Positions 17,717 to 27,800 of a stretch of DNA of 64,000 nucleotides are shown here, piece by piece; position 1 is the stretch's first letter, and the number at the start of each line of letters is the position of its first letter. A model generated the notes under the pieces. The model was not told the origin of the DNA and did no database searches. It saw only the letters and a list, made by a program, of their open reading frames with translations. Source of the stretch: Calditrichaceae bacterium (GTDB lineage Bacteria > Calditrichota > Calditrichia > Calditrichales > JBFXGD01). Where the stretch lies: NCBI GenBank assembly GCA_050173015.1, contig JBFXLE010000009.1, forward strand, positions 98,913 through 162,912. Direction: 5' to 3'. A program made the translations under genes and the position numbers.

Positions 17717-17788
17717 GACGACGATCCCTACGATCCCGATCCCGACGACGACAATATCGTTCACGTTCACAATAACGAAAACAAAAAT

Positions 17789-18400
17789 ATGCCCGATAAA
17801 TTTCAAAACAAATACCGCATACCATCGGCACGATTGCAAACATGGGATTATGGAAGCAATGGAACCTATTTTATAACCATTTGCACCCAAAACCGTGAAC
17901 ATTATTTTGGTGAAATTACAGACGGTAATATGATATTATCCGAAATAGGAATTTTGGCGAACAAATATTGGAATGAAATACCAGAACATTTTCCATTTGT
18001 CAATTTGGATGAATTTGTGGTAATGCCCAACCACGTGCATGGGATTATTATCATTGATAAACCCGATGATGGACGGGATGATGGGCGGGACGTTGGACGG
18101 GACGTTGGACGGGACGTAGAGACGCCCAAATTGGGCGTCTCTACCAATACCAATACCAATACCAATACCAATCATCAAACCGCCACGGCATCCGAAAAAT
18201 GGAAACCGGCATCATTGGGGGTAATTATCAACCAATATAAACGAATGGCAACCATTAAATCGCGTAAAATCCACGCTGATTTTGGTTGGCAATCCCGTTT
18301 TTACGACCAGATCATACGAAACAACGAATCGTATGAAAAAATCAGAAATTATATTGTCAACAACCCATTGAAATGGGAAGAAGATAAATTTTACAATTAA
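17789..18400 (+). CDS. IS200/IS605-family Y1 (HUH) transposase of the REP-associated (RAYT) type
   Basis: 203 aa. NKYRIPSARLQTWDYGSNGTYFITICTQNREHYFG, the HUH motif VVMPNHVHGIIII, and the C-terminal catalytic-Tyr region GWQSRFYDQIIRN. It is interrupted in frame by a low-complexity/REP insert of about 35 aa. Confidence 0.8.
   Translation: MPDKFQNKYRIPSARLQTWDYGSNGTYFITICTQNREHYFGEITDGNMILSEIGILANKYWNEIPEHFPFVNLDEFVVMPNHVHGIIIIDKPDDGRDDGRDVGRDVGRDVETPKLGVSTNTNTNTNTNHQTATASEKWKPASLGVIINQYKRMATIKSRKIHADFGWQSRFYDQIIRNNESYEKIRNYIVNNPLKWEEDKFYN
18071..18172 (+). repeat. Composite in-frame insert in the RAYT gene: 12-mer x4, REP hairpin, hexamer x4.7
   Basis: GGACGGGATGAT/GGGCGGGACGTT/GGACGGGACGTT/GGACGGGACGTA at 18071-18118, the REP palindrome at 18116-18144, and (CAATAC)n at 18145-18172. 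Together these translate as GRDDGRDVGRDVGRDVETPKLGVSTNTNTNTNTN. Confidence 0.9.
18116..18144. repeat. REP-like palindrome c (29 nt), in frame inside the RAYT ORF
   Basis: GTAGAGACGCCCAAATTGGGCGTCTCTAC. Identical to palindrome b except for the flipped centre (aaatt versus aattt). Confidence 0.85.
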
Positions 18401-18415
18401 ATTGAAAGAAATAAT

Positions 18416-19936
18416 ATGTCAGAAAGTGCAATAGTATCAAAAGTGTGGAATTTCGCCAATGTTCTTAGAGACGATGGAGTGGGTTATGGTGATTATTTAG
18501 AGCAAATCACCTATTTGCTTTTCCTAAAAATGGCAGACGAACTTAACAAACCGCCCTACAATAAAGGTTTAAAATTTCCGAAACTCAAAAATGCTGAGGG
18601 TGTTGAATTGCCCGATGCCGAAACCTGCGACTGGCAAACGCTGTCGCAAAAACGTGGTTTGGAATTGGAAAATTTTTACAACCAAATGCTACGAAGTTTG
18701 GGAAGCGAAAAAGGAACGTTGGGGCAAATTTTCGTAAAAAGTCAAAACAAAATACAAGACCCATCAAAACTCTTAAAAATCATTGATATGATTGATAAAG
18801 AGCAATGGAGCTTAATGGGAACCGATGTAAAAGGGAAAATTTACGAAGGTCTTTTAGAGAAAAATGCCGAAGACACCAAAAGCGGTGCAGGGCAATATTT
18901 TACGCCTCGTTCGCTCATCAAAACAATGGTGGCTTGTGTTCGTCCCAAACCCATGAAAACCATTATAGACCCTGCTTGTGGCACTGGCGGTTTCTTTTTG
19001 GCAGCTTACGATTATATCAAAAGTCAGAATTTAGACCAGGAAGAAAAGGAGTTTTTGAAAAACAAAACTTTCTACGGAAACGAAATTGTAGCCAATACAC
19101 GCAGAATGTGTTTGATGAACATGTTTTTGCACAACATTGGCGAAATTGATGGCGAAACACTCATTTCTTCAGCTGATGCTTTGGTTTCGGACAATGGCAT
19201 ACGCTACGATTATGTGCTGGCAAATCCGCCTTTTGGTAAAAAAAGCAGTATGACCATTACCAACGAAGAGGGCAAACTGGAAAAGCAGGATTATACTATC
19301 AATCGTCAGGATTTTGTGGCTACCACAGCCAACAAGCAACTAAACTTTTTGCAACACATAAAAACGCTTTTAAAACTCACAGGCGAAGCAGCCGTTGTAC
19401 TTCCCGATAATGTTTTGTTTGAGGGCGGAGCAGGCGAAACGGTTCGGAAAGAATTGATGAAAACAACCGAATTGCATACAATTTTAAGACTTCCAACAGG
19501 TATATTTTACGCACAAGGTGTAAAAGCAAATGTTTTGTTTTTCGACAACAAACCAGCTTCAAAAGAGGCTTGGACAAAAGATGTTTGGATTTATGATTAT
19601 CGAAGTAACATAAGCCACACATTAAAGAAAAACCCAATGCGATTTGAGCATCTACAGGAATTCGTAAAACTCTACAATCCCGAAAACCGAAATAAAAGAA
19701 CAGAAACGTGGAGCGAAACAAATCCCGAAGGCAGATGGAGAAAGTATAGTTATGCTGAAATCATTGAACGAGATAAAACCAACTTGGATATATTTTGGAT
19801 TAAAGACAAAAGCTTAACCGACTTAGATAATTTACCCGACCCCGATATTTTGGCAAACGAAATCATTGAAAACATTGAAGCCGGATTAAATAGTTTTAAA
19901 GAAATAATGGAAACAATAAACGGAGATGAAAGCTAA
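18416..19936 (+). CDS. hsdM: Type I restriction-modification N6-adenine DNA methyltransferase (HsdM)
   Basis: 506 aa with an HsdM_N-like N-terminus, the SAM motif IIDPACGTGGFF and the catalytic motif LANPPFG. Confidence 0.9.
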   Translation: MSESAIVSKVWNFANVLRDDGVGYGDYLEQITYLLFLKMADELNKPPYNKGLKFPKLKNAEGVELPDAETCDWQTLSQKRGLELENFYNQMLRSLGSEKGTLGQIFVKSQNKIQDPSKLLKIIDMIDKEQWSLMGTDVKGKIYEGLLEKNAEDTKSGAGQYFTPRSLIKTMVACVRPKPMKTIIDPACGTGGFFLAAYDYIKSQNLDQEEKEFLKNKTFYGNEIVANTRRMCLMNMFLHNIGEIDGETLISSADALVSDNGIRYDYVLANPPFGKKSSMTITNEEGKLEKQDYTINRQDFVATTANKQLNFLQHIKTLLKLTGEAAVVLPDNVLFEGGAGETVRKELMKTTELHTILRLPTGIFYAQGVKANVLFFDNKPASKEAWTKDVWIYDYRSNISHTLKKNPMRFEHLQEFVKLYNPENRNKRTETWSETNPEGRWRKYSYAEIIERDKTNLDIFWIKDKSLTDLDNLPDPDILANEIIENIEAGLNSFKEIMETINGDES

Positions 19937-19939
19937 GCC

Positions 19940-20020
19940 CAGCCCAAAAACCATACACATTTGCAATTCGCGCGAGCCAACGCTTGACCAAAAATTGCAA
20001 AAGAGTATGTCTTGCCAACG
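19940..20020 (+). repeat. IR-B2: structured inverted repeat immediately downstream of hsdM
   Basis: The arms catacacatttgcaatt and aattgcaaaagagtatg flank the spacer cgcgcgagccaacgcttgaccaa. The element is preceded by agcccagcccaaaaac and followed by cttgcc. Confidence 0.75.
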
Positions 20021-20081
20021 CACGGACAGAGAATGCAGCAAAAATGAAAGATAAATTGGCTGGAAAAATAAACAACGAAAC

Positions 20082-20209
20082 GCTAACACGCGGTATAAAA
20101 CATTGGGGTTTAAGTATTTATTCGAGCGTTCTACCCCGCATCAAGTTCGGTGTAACTCGACAGGATAGTAGCCCGCAATCCCTTACGAGTCATACACTCA
20201 AAGTTAGTT
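20082..20209 (+). repeat. attC-like site 5 (subtype Y)
   Basis: GCTAACacgcggtataaaacattgggg pairs with cccttacgagtcatacactcaaaGTTAGTt. The centre is homologous to attC-3 and attC-7. Confidence 0.65.
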
Positions 20210-20540
20210 CCAAGCCTAAAAAATAGAAACAACAAGAATAAAATATTTGCCAAAAGGATGAAAATAGAACGCCGCCTATGCGGCGTTATTGTTTTGCAAC
20301 GCGGTTGCTTGCACAGGATAGGGATTTAAGGTATATTCAGGAGTAGTTAGGTCATAATCGTTCCGGGACTACTGAAATTTGCGCACATCTCAAAAAAGTC
20401 TATTGATAAAAACAGTAATCCTACGGATGATATCTTTGAAAGGGATTAGATAATTGTAAAAGAAATATATAAACAATTGTTCATACACCGCCAATTTGGG
20501 CGGATAAGAACAATAGAATATATACGAACGTTGTGTGGCA
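20210..20540 (+). repeat. Scaffold repeat copy 3: leader, integrase vestige, hairpin, GTT core
   Basis: Same order as copy 2. It has the hairpin AACGCCGC-ctat-GCGGCGTT, the integrase-like frame FATRLLAQDRDLRYIQE*, the terminal hairpin ATTGTTC-ataca-CCGCC-aatttg-GGCGG-ataa-GAACAAT, and then GTTGTGT at 20530. Confidence 0.85.
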
Positions 20541-20572
20541 TTAGAAGTAACTTACATAAAAAAGGGTGACTT

Positions 20573-21160
20573 ATGGAAATAAAATTTGATGTGGAAATAC
20601 AAGATGAAGAGAAAGAACTTCTGAAAACGATATTACATTGTGATAATGATGAAGACTTAAATAATCTCTTGAATAAATTAGGCCGTTCTTCATTTGAAGA
20701 TATTAGAAGAATGACAATTGGACAAAAAGTATTTACTCGTGGAAGAGATATTTTAGAATATCGGTTATTTAATTTAATAAAGTTTTTCTTCGATGGGAAA
20801 ATACCAGACGAACAAAAAATATGTGATTTATTCCAAATAACGGCAACTGAAAGTCGAGCATTTATTCGCTCAATAATGTCAAAGTATCAATATGACTTAA
20901 AAGAAACAATATCTTCAACATTAAAAGAACAAGTAGAAAATATTCAAAAAGAAGAAAATGAAGAAGTTTATAAACTTTCCATTCAAAACCAGTATTTCAA
21001 AGATGAATTAAATAGAATATTAGGAACAATAGACACAAGTTTACCGATTATTGAAAAAGAGCGGGGAACTATTTCTACTTATGTAATTCAAACATCATCT
21101 TACCAGAAGTTATGTGAACATTTTGGCATTGAACTAGAAGAAGAAAACAATGAAAACTGA
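20573..21160 (+). CDS. Hypothetical protein (possible HTH-containing regulator or sensor)
   Basis: 195 aa with an acidic N-terminus. The ICDLFQITATESRAFIRSIMSKY segment looks like a helix-turn-helix. No family recognised. Confidence 0.45.
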   Translation: MEIKFDVEIQDEEKELLKTILHCDNDEDLNNLLNKLGRSSFEDIRRMTIGQKVFTRGRDILEYRLFNLIKFFFDGKIPDEQKICDLFQITATESRAFIRSIMSKYQYDLKETISSTLKEQVENIQKEENEEVYKLSIQNQYFKDELNRILGTIDTSLPIIEKERGTISTYVIQTSSYQKLCEHFGIELEEENNEN

Positions 21161-21569
21161 TTTACCTAATTTATTAACTGCATCAAGTATTCTATTGGGA
21201 ATTATTACTGCATTATATGGTTTATTTTTTCCTGCGATTAATTCAATTTTAGTAATAAAATCTAAGCCCCATAAGGTTGATAATAAGAAGGCCTACAGTG
21301 AAAGCAAGGATATTATAAAAGCAAAATATATTCCATTATTAATTGGTTCGTTAGTAATTACATTGATAAACATACCAGAGCTGTTTTCTCAATTAAGAAA
21401 TAGTTTTGTTGCAATAAAAACTAGTGGAATAGAGAACACAACATATGATACGTTAACAGCATCATTTATTGTCGTTTGCCTTTTTATGATTTTCATTACG
21501 ATAATGATGATAGCAACTGGTTTTAAGTTAAGAAAGAAAATAAAAGAACTTAATCCAAATGAACAATAA
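21150..21569 (+). CDS. Small 3-TM membrane protein, unknown function
   Basis: 139 aa. It overlaps the upstream ORF by 11 nt. Hydrophobic helices: SSILLGIITALYGLFFPAI, IPLLIGSLVITLINIP and FIVVCLFMIFITIMMIATGF. Confidence 0.5.
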   Translation: MKTDLPNLLTASSILLGIITALYGLFFPAINSILVIKSKPHKVDNKKAYSESKDIIKAKYIPLLIGSLVITLINIPELFSQLRNSFVAIKTSGIENTTYDTLTASFIVVCLFMIFITIMMIATGFKLRKKIKELNPNEQ

Positions 21570-21574
21570 CGCCA

Positions 21575-21704
21575 CACAACAAAAAATATAGTGCATTTGG
21601 CAGATGGTGCTAAAAATGAAAATGATTGCAATAAATGAACATAGTAGTAAATTGAAAGCTTGGAGCGTTGAAATGCCAAACGCACCATATTCAAACCGTT
21701 GTAT
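21575..21704 (+). repeat. attC-like site 6 (subtype X)
   Basis: CACAACaaaaaatatagtgcatttggca pairs with tgccaaacgcaccatattcaaaccGTTGTAt. It begins 6 nt after the stop of the 139-aa ORF. Confidence 0.6.
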
Positions 21705-21721
21705 GCCATGCTGGAAACGAG

Positions 21722-21795
21722 CTAACCGCACAAATAGCACATTTGGTTATTGCTGACACAAAAGCAAAGGCTGAAAAACTAAAAGAGCTATTTTA
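21722..21795 (+). repeat. IR-B3: structured inverted repeat forming the 5' leader of the STAND gene
   Basis: The arms aaatagcacatttggttatt and aaaaactaaaagagctattt form the repeat. It aligns with IR-B1, including the preceding accgcaca and the following ...acgcaca.agact.aaa...ATG. Confidence 0.7.
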
Positions 21796-21825
21796 TTGTC
21801 AAACGCACATAGACTAAAACTAAAA

Positions 21826-24800
21826 ATGAATGAAGAAATAGTATCAGCAAGTGGAGAAAGAGCAGCAATGGGAGGCTATTTGCCTCAATTTGATGAGTTC
21901 GCTTGGTTTGTCTATTTGAATCTAATAAATAAAAAGCTTGAATGGATACGAATAGCAGACTCCAAGGCTGAAAAACTAGATGATATACAGTATTCTACTC
22001 ATTCAGAAATTCATGCATACCAAGTAAAATGGACTATCGCTGATGCAAATATATCATTTGCAAATTTTACGGATTTGTTTCCTCTTATCACCTCTAGTTG
22101 GAAGAGTTTAAAAACAGCTAATCCTAGCAAAAAAATAATTCCTCATTTAATCACTAACAAACCTATTTCCTCCCACGACAGCTTAAAGGTAGGCGATACA
22201 AAAATCGGTTCATTTCAAGACTTCGTCTCAGAAGTTTGGGTAAAGCTAAAATCAAATCAATCAATTGATGATAAGTGGAAACAAGTTCTTGAGGAACTCA
22301 AAAAGAGTTCAAAACTCAATGATTCTGAATTTGGAGAATTTATCATCTCTTTTGATTTTCAACCAGACTATAAACAAAAACAGTTTAGTATAGGAAATAT
22401 TAAATACTCTAAAGAAGACGAAGACCTTCAACAGATCAGTCGATATATAGTACAAAAAGTTGCTAGCCCGAAAAGAGTCGTTGAATTTACTCGCCAAGAA
22501 ATTATTAAAGAATTAGGTTGGTCTGATAGATTTAAAACAATTTTTAATCACGAGTTAATAGTCGATAGACAAAGATACCAGCCGATTCAATCGACAATTG
22601 ACCTGTTAAATTCAAAGTTAGAGGAGCATAAAAATGGATACCTGTTTTTGCTAGGTGGCCCAGGTTCTGGAAAATCTACCTTATTGAATCAATGGTCAAA
22701 AGGCCTTAAAACACGAATAATACGATACTACGCCTTTGATTTCGTTAATCCATCTTCACACTTAAACTTTTATGAAAGAGGAAATGCTACCCATCTTTTT
22801 TTCGATTTAGTTTTTCAATTAAAGGAAGCTGGAATATATAAAAGAGACATTCTTCCATATAAAGACTTACTTTTTCTAAAAGATGTATTCAATGAGCAAT
22901 TAAGTGCAATTGGAGAGGACTTTGTGACAAATGGTCAATCGACCATAATATTGATTGATGGTCTAGATCATGTTCCTAGGGAATACAAATCAACAACTAA
23001 TAGTTTCCTACGAGAACTTCCTTTACCATCTTCTCTCCCAAACGGGGTCTTCATCATTTTAGGTAGTCAATCTTATGAACTTGAAGACATTCAACAGGAA
23101 ATTAAAACTGAATTTCAGAAAGGAAATAGAACCATTCAAATTGATCCACTTAAAAAGGAGGAAGTATACAAGTACATTGATAATCTTGATACTTCAATTC
23201 AACTTAATGGTTCTCAAAAGCTGCAAATATTTGAGAAATCAGAAGGACACCCGTTATACCTGTCATACTTAATTGAAAAAATCAATAACGCAGATTCTAT
23301 TAACGATACAATCGAATCTTTTGAAGTTATTGATGGTAGTATTGATAATTATTACAAAAAAATATGGGAGCCTATCCAGAAAGAAGATAGCCAAATTCAA
23401 TTCTTAGGTTTAATTGCGAGAATTAATGGTTTGATCAAACTTCAGTTCATTCAGGAATGGGACTTCCAACCGAGTGTTTTAAAGTCCTTTCGTGAAAAGG
23501 CCAGATTTCTGTTTAATGAAACCGAAAAAACTTTGTCTTTCTTTCATAATTCGTTCAAGCAATTCCTTCTTCATCATACCTCTTTAAATTACTTAACAGA
23601 TGAGTTTGATCCGACAATTAACGTCAATTATCATAGTCAACTTACTGATTATTATGTAAAATCAGAGATTGAAAAATCCTGGAAACAGAATCATCACCTA
23701 TTTCAGGCTAAACAATATGATAAGTTTATTTCAGAAGTTACCCCAAATAGTATTACTGAACAGTTACTTAACTTCAGACCAGCAGAAGAAATTAAGCAGG
23801 ATGCAAAATTGGGAGTTGAAATAGCAAGACAGAATAAGGACATTAATACTCTGGTAAGATATCTGTTTTCATTAGCAGAAATTGAAAGAAGATTATTCAA
23901 TATTGATCCCACATCCTTTATAGAAGAACTTTTGTACCTAAATAAATACGACTTAGCAAGGGATTATCTAAGAACTGGCAACACCCTCCATTGTAGCGAA
24001 TCGTACGCATTTAAAGCATGTCGATTGTTTATTGAATCTGGGCACAAATCAGAAGGAGCAACTTTATACAATTTGGCTTATCCAGAAATCATTACAGATT
24101 CCGGGATACATATTGATGATTCTCACAGATATGAAGAAATAAGAGATTCTTTAGAAGAATGGATTTATACTTCTCCCTATTTTGAAGCAACCGAGAATAT
24201 TTTCTCAATAATTGAGAAAATTCAATTCTCAGGTAGCATACGGAAAAACAGGTTTGAAGAAGAAGAATCTGATTTACTTTTAAGGTTACTCTCTAATCTT
24301 GGTTATAGTTTAGTGGATCAAAACAAGTGGGATGATTTTAATAAAGTCATAGAAAAAATAGATTCGAGGTCTTCAAGAGGAAGGAATTCTCTTTTCCAAC
24401 TTATAAAGTACGCTATCGAGCAATGCCTTGACTTAAAAGATAGTAGTCGAGTGAATGAATATCTGTCATTTTTAACCACTCATTTCACAAAAGAGAAGAC
24501 AAAATCCATTGGCAAAATATTCATTGCAGATTTAGTCTATAAAGTCACTAGAGACCTAAATGAAACATATAGTTGGATTAAGGAAGTTGAGCAACCATCT
24601 AATGTGGGTAAAGACCAGCTAGGATATGATGATTCGTTAGACGCCTTTCTTCCATTAATCAAACTTAACAAGTTACTTAACCTATGTGGAAAAGGAGTTT
24701 CGATTACGTCTGCAATTCCATCTGTTGCGAAAGGTACTGATGAAGAAGTTTTAGTGGAGTTTGAACGAATGTTATGTATTACCACTCAAATTCTAGCCGA

Positions 24801-27800
24801 GGGCATTCTTCAAACACCAATGCCAGGTGATCCTATTAAAAGAGTATTTCCAATTGTTCGGTTTTATTACAAAGAAATATCCCACCGAAACAGCTATTGG
24901 TATAAGCTGACACAAGCAAAAGGCCAATATTATGATTTTTTGATTTCGGCGGTGTCTGAATTGGGTACTGAAAAATTAGAATTATTAGGAGATTATTTGT
25001 TCAGTGAGTTTAAGAATATTCCAAAATATTGGAGTACAAGTGTCCAGCGGAAAATCATTAAATCCCTCTTGAATAAAGGGTTTAATGCTAAAAAAGCAGT
25101 AATAAAGTTGAGATCCATAGAGGATTCCATGTTGGAAGGTCACGATATAGATGGCCGTATAACCGAATGCTTGGCCCACTCAAAAGTATGGTTCATTTTA
25201 GGCAAGCTAGATGAAGGTGAAATATGGCTCAAACAGGCTATTCAAGAATCTATTGGAGTAGGATATAGAAAAGATTATCAATTTAGTACATGGATTGAAT
25301 GGTTAAGAAAAATAAACCATAAAGACCCATCAAAAGCTACTGAAAGAATAAAGTGGTTCTTATCTCATTTAAAACATATTAAAGAAACCACGGAGGGAAG
25401 GGCTTATTGGAATGCTTCTGAAGAATTATTAGAAGTCGCATATGAACACAATCTGGAAGATGGCTTAGAGCAGGCTATTTGGCAATTAAAGAACGATCTA
25501 ATAGACTTTAAAGATTCAATTGCTCTTTTCATAAAATATTTTATGATAAAAACAAAAAGTAAAGAAGAGTTCAAAAGTATTGTTCAACTATATAGTGATT
25601 TATATCTGCTTCTTGCTGAATCTGCCAATTCTTCCCTGCTCAAATCTATCTTAGAAAAAGGGCATGAAATTTTAAAAGAAGATTTTTTAGTAGAACATGC
25701 TCAAGCCATTATTTCGGCAATAGAAATTAAAGCTTACGAAGAAACCAGACATTACTTACTATCTGAAATTGATAACTTCTATACATCAAAAGGGCTAAAA
25801 GCAGAAGACTATTATTCACGGTTTAATATACCGGCAAAAAGCGAAAGAAATAGTTCATCAACATCTTCTAACACATTGACTTTAAAGACAGATCATGAAA
25901 AGATTGATGAAAGTGAAGTACTAAAACGAGTTACAAATTTTGAAGATTTCAAAAAAATCATTCAAGAAGAAGATCAGGCAAATTCATTTTTTAATTGGTC
26001 AAAGGTTATAGATAAAATAGCTCCATTATTGTCTTCAAGTCAAATTGAAGAAATCACCAAACTGGCTAGAATAGGAAGGAGAGAGTCAGATTTCTATGCT
26101 AAATTAAGTGAGGCTGCCTTGGAGCTAGAAAACACAGAACTCGCAACTAGTTTAGCCAATAAAAGTATTGAGTTATCGAGCGAATCGGGGTGGGTAAAAT
26201 ATTATGATGGAGGAACAAGAATCAATGCATTTAATGCACTAAAACGAATCAATCCTGCAATATCATCTAATAAGGCATTTGAAGTATTTGCTCATGATAT
26301 AGTAACCAGTAATTATCCAAGTTCATATATCGAACATCTTGAAGACATCGTTCCACTTTTAACAGAAAATTATGTTGAGGAAGAGCTTTGGCATGAAATA
26401 TATGGTTACCTGCAAAGACTGATGTCGAATAGTAAACCGGTTGAGGATTTACCTGTTCTTCCATCATTAAATCGTCCAATCATAGAAACCTTAGTCGATT
26501 ATATGGTGTATTTATCACAGAGTCCCGTCTCAATAATAAAGGAGCAATCTTTACAGCTATTGGCAAAATATATAAATCAAGATAATGACTATGCTTTGAC
26601 TCAATTACTGAATGGACGTTTAGATGATTACTCAAGTATGAACGTGATGATGAAATTAACTGCGTTCAACTCCCCCAAAGTCCATTTGCTTAAATCAAAG
26701 ATCAATAGTTTAGCTATATCAAATGACTATCAATTAAGAGAAAGCTCAAAACAAATACTTTCCTCAATTCAAGAAGAAATTCCAACTCCCAAAAACATCG
26801 AATTATCTAAAGTATACTCTTTCCATATTCCAGAAACTGAAAAACCAGATTTTAGAAAAGAGATTGACCCTTATTTCCCAGAAGTTGATACTAATGACCC
26901 CCGTGATCTGATACGACCATTTGAATTTTTAATCAAAATCTTATCTGAGGAGTCTGGGATTAATGAATCTAACCTTATATATAGAGCCTACTCGATCATG
27001 AAAGAAATTGGTCGAGAGGAGGAATGGTCCGTTGAGTATGAAAAAAAGCTTAGAAATCATTTAGAAGAAATTTACCTAAGATACTCTTACCCTAGACCAA
27101 GGGTAATTGCGGCTCGAAGAGCCATAATGCATGTCACCAATGAATTAATAGATTCTGGAACAATTGATGATGAGCGAATTCAGAAACCTTTTATATCACA
27201 TGATTATGCGGTTCTGTTTTTTAATGAAATAGCAAAACCTGAATTCATTCAAACTATTAAAGAGAGAGATTTTGGAGGAGTTGGCAATGATTGGTTAGAT
27301 CGAATAGGTGAATCAGAAAGATTAAACGAATCAATATTAGACTATAATGATAACTTCAAGATTATTGCAGAATATAATCAAGTTAAAAATTTAGATTGGG
27401 GTTCTCCTACTGAAGAATACATGTACCAAATTGCGGTTAATGAGGAGTTGGATGAAGAAGATAATTACATTTTTGGCTCTGTTTTTCACCAATTAAGCAG
27501 TAACTATCATGATTTGAGAAGTGGTGGACATTTTATTGTTGTAGTCAGGGATCATAGATTTGACCAATTTGATCTGAAATCTAAGTGGATTGCAATTAAC
27601 CCTGTTTTGGCTAGATACTTAGGATGGGAGCCTGAAACAACCAAATTATTTGCTTGGAAAAACTCGCAAGGTGAATTGATGGCGGAATCAATTTATTGGT
27701 CAAATGGAAATATTAACATGACACCTCGTAAGGATGGAGAAGTCGGGGAAGGGTGGTTTGTTATTGTTTCCAAAGATGGATTAGAGAAGATAAAATCTAT

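Noticed and set aside
17649-17876. Small ORFs on both strands spanning the REP palindromes (17649-17876 +, 17552-17902 -, 17902-18178 -).
   Set aside because: They are translation artefacts of palindromic and simple-repeat DNA. The same repeats read open in several frames, and these ORFs overlap the well-supported RAYT gene.
19940-20020. IR-B2 and IR-B4 as ordinary rho-independent terminators.
   Set aside because: The arms are AT-rich, the loops are about 23-26 nt, and no T run follows (the next bases are cttgcc / gctgcacc). They may still affect transcripts, but they do not fit the intrinsic terminator pattern.
19984-20226. 80-aa ORF in the track. The 81-aa ORF at 27894-28139 is a similar case.
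   Set aside because: Both lie entirely within IR-B and attC repeat DNA. Their DNA is homologous but their translations are unrelated, so the conservation is at the nucleotide or structure level, not coding.
6951-20540. The three roughly 270-bp repeats might be a CRISPR array or leader.
   Set aside because: The units are about 270 bp, imperfectly conserved, and separated by 4-9 kb of coding DNA. There are no short regular repeat-spacer units anywhere in the window and no cas genes.
21796-21825. The TTG start of the giant ORF at 21796.
   Set aside because: It lies in the conserved IR-B3 leader. The ATG at 21826 is the position that aligns with the hsdR ATG in the homologous leader.
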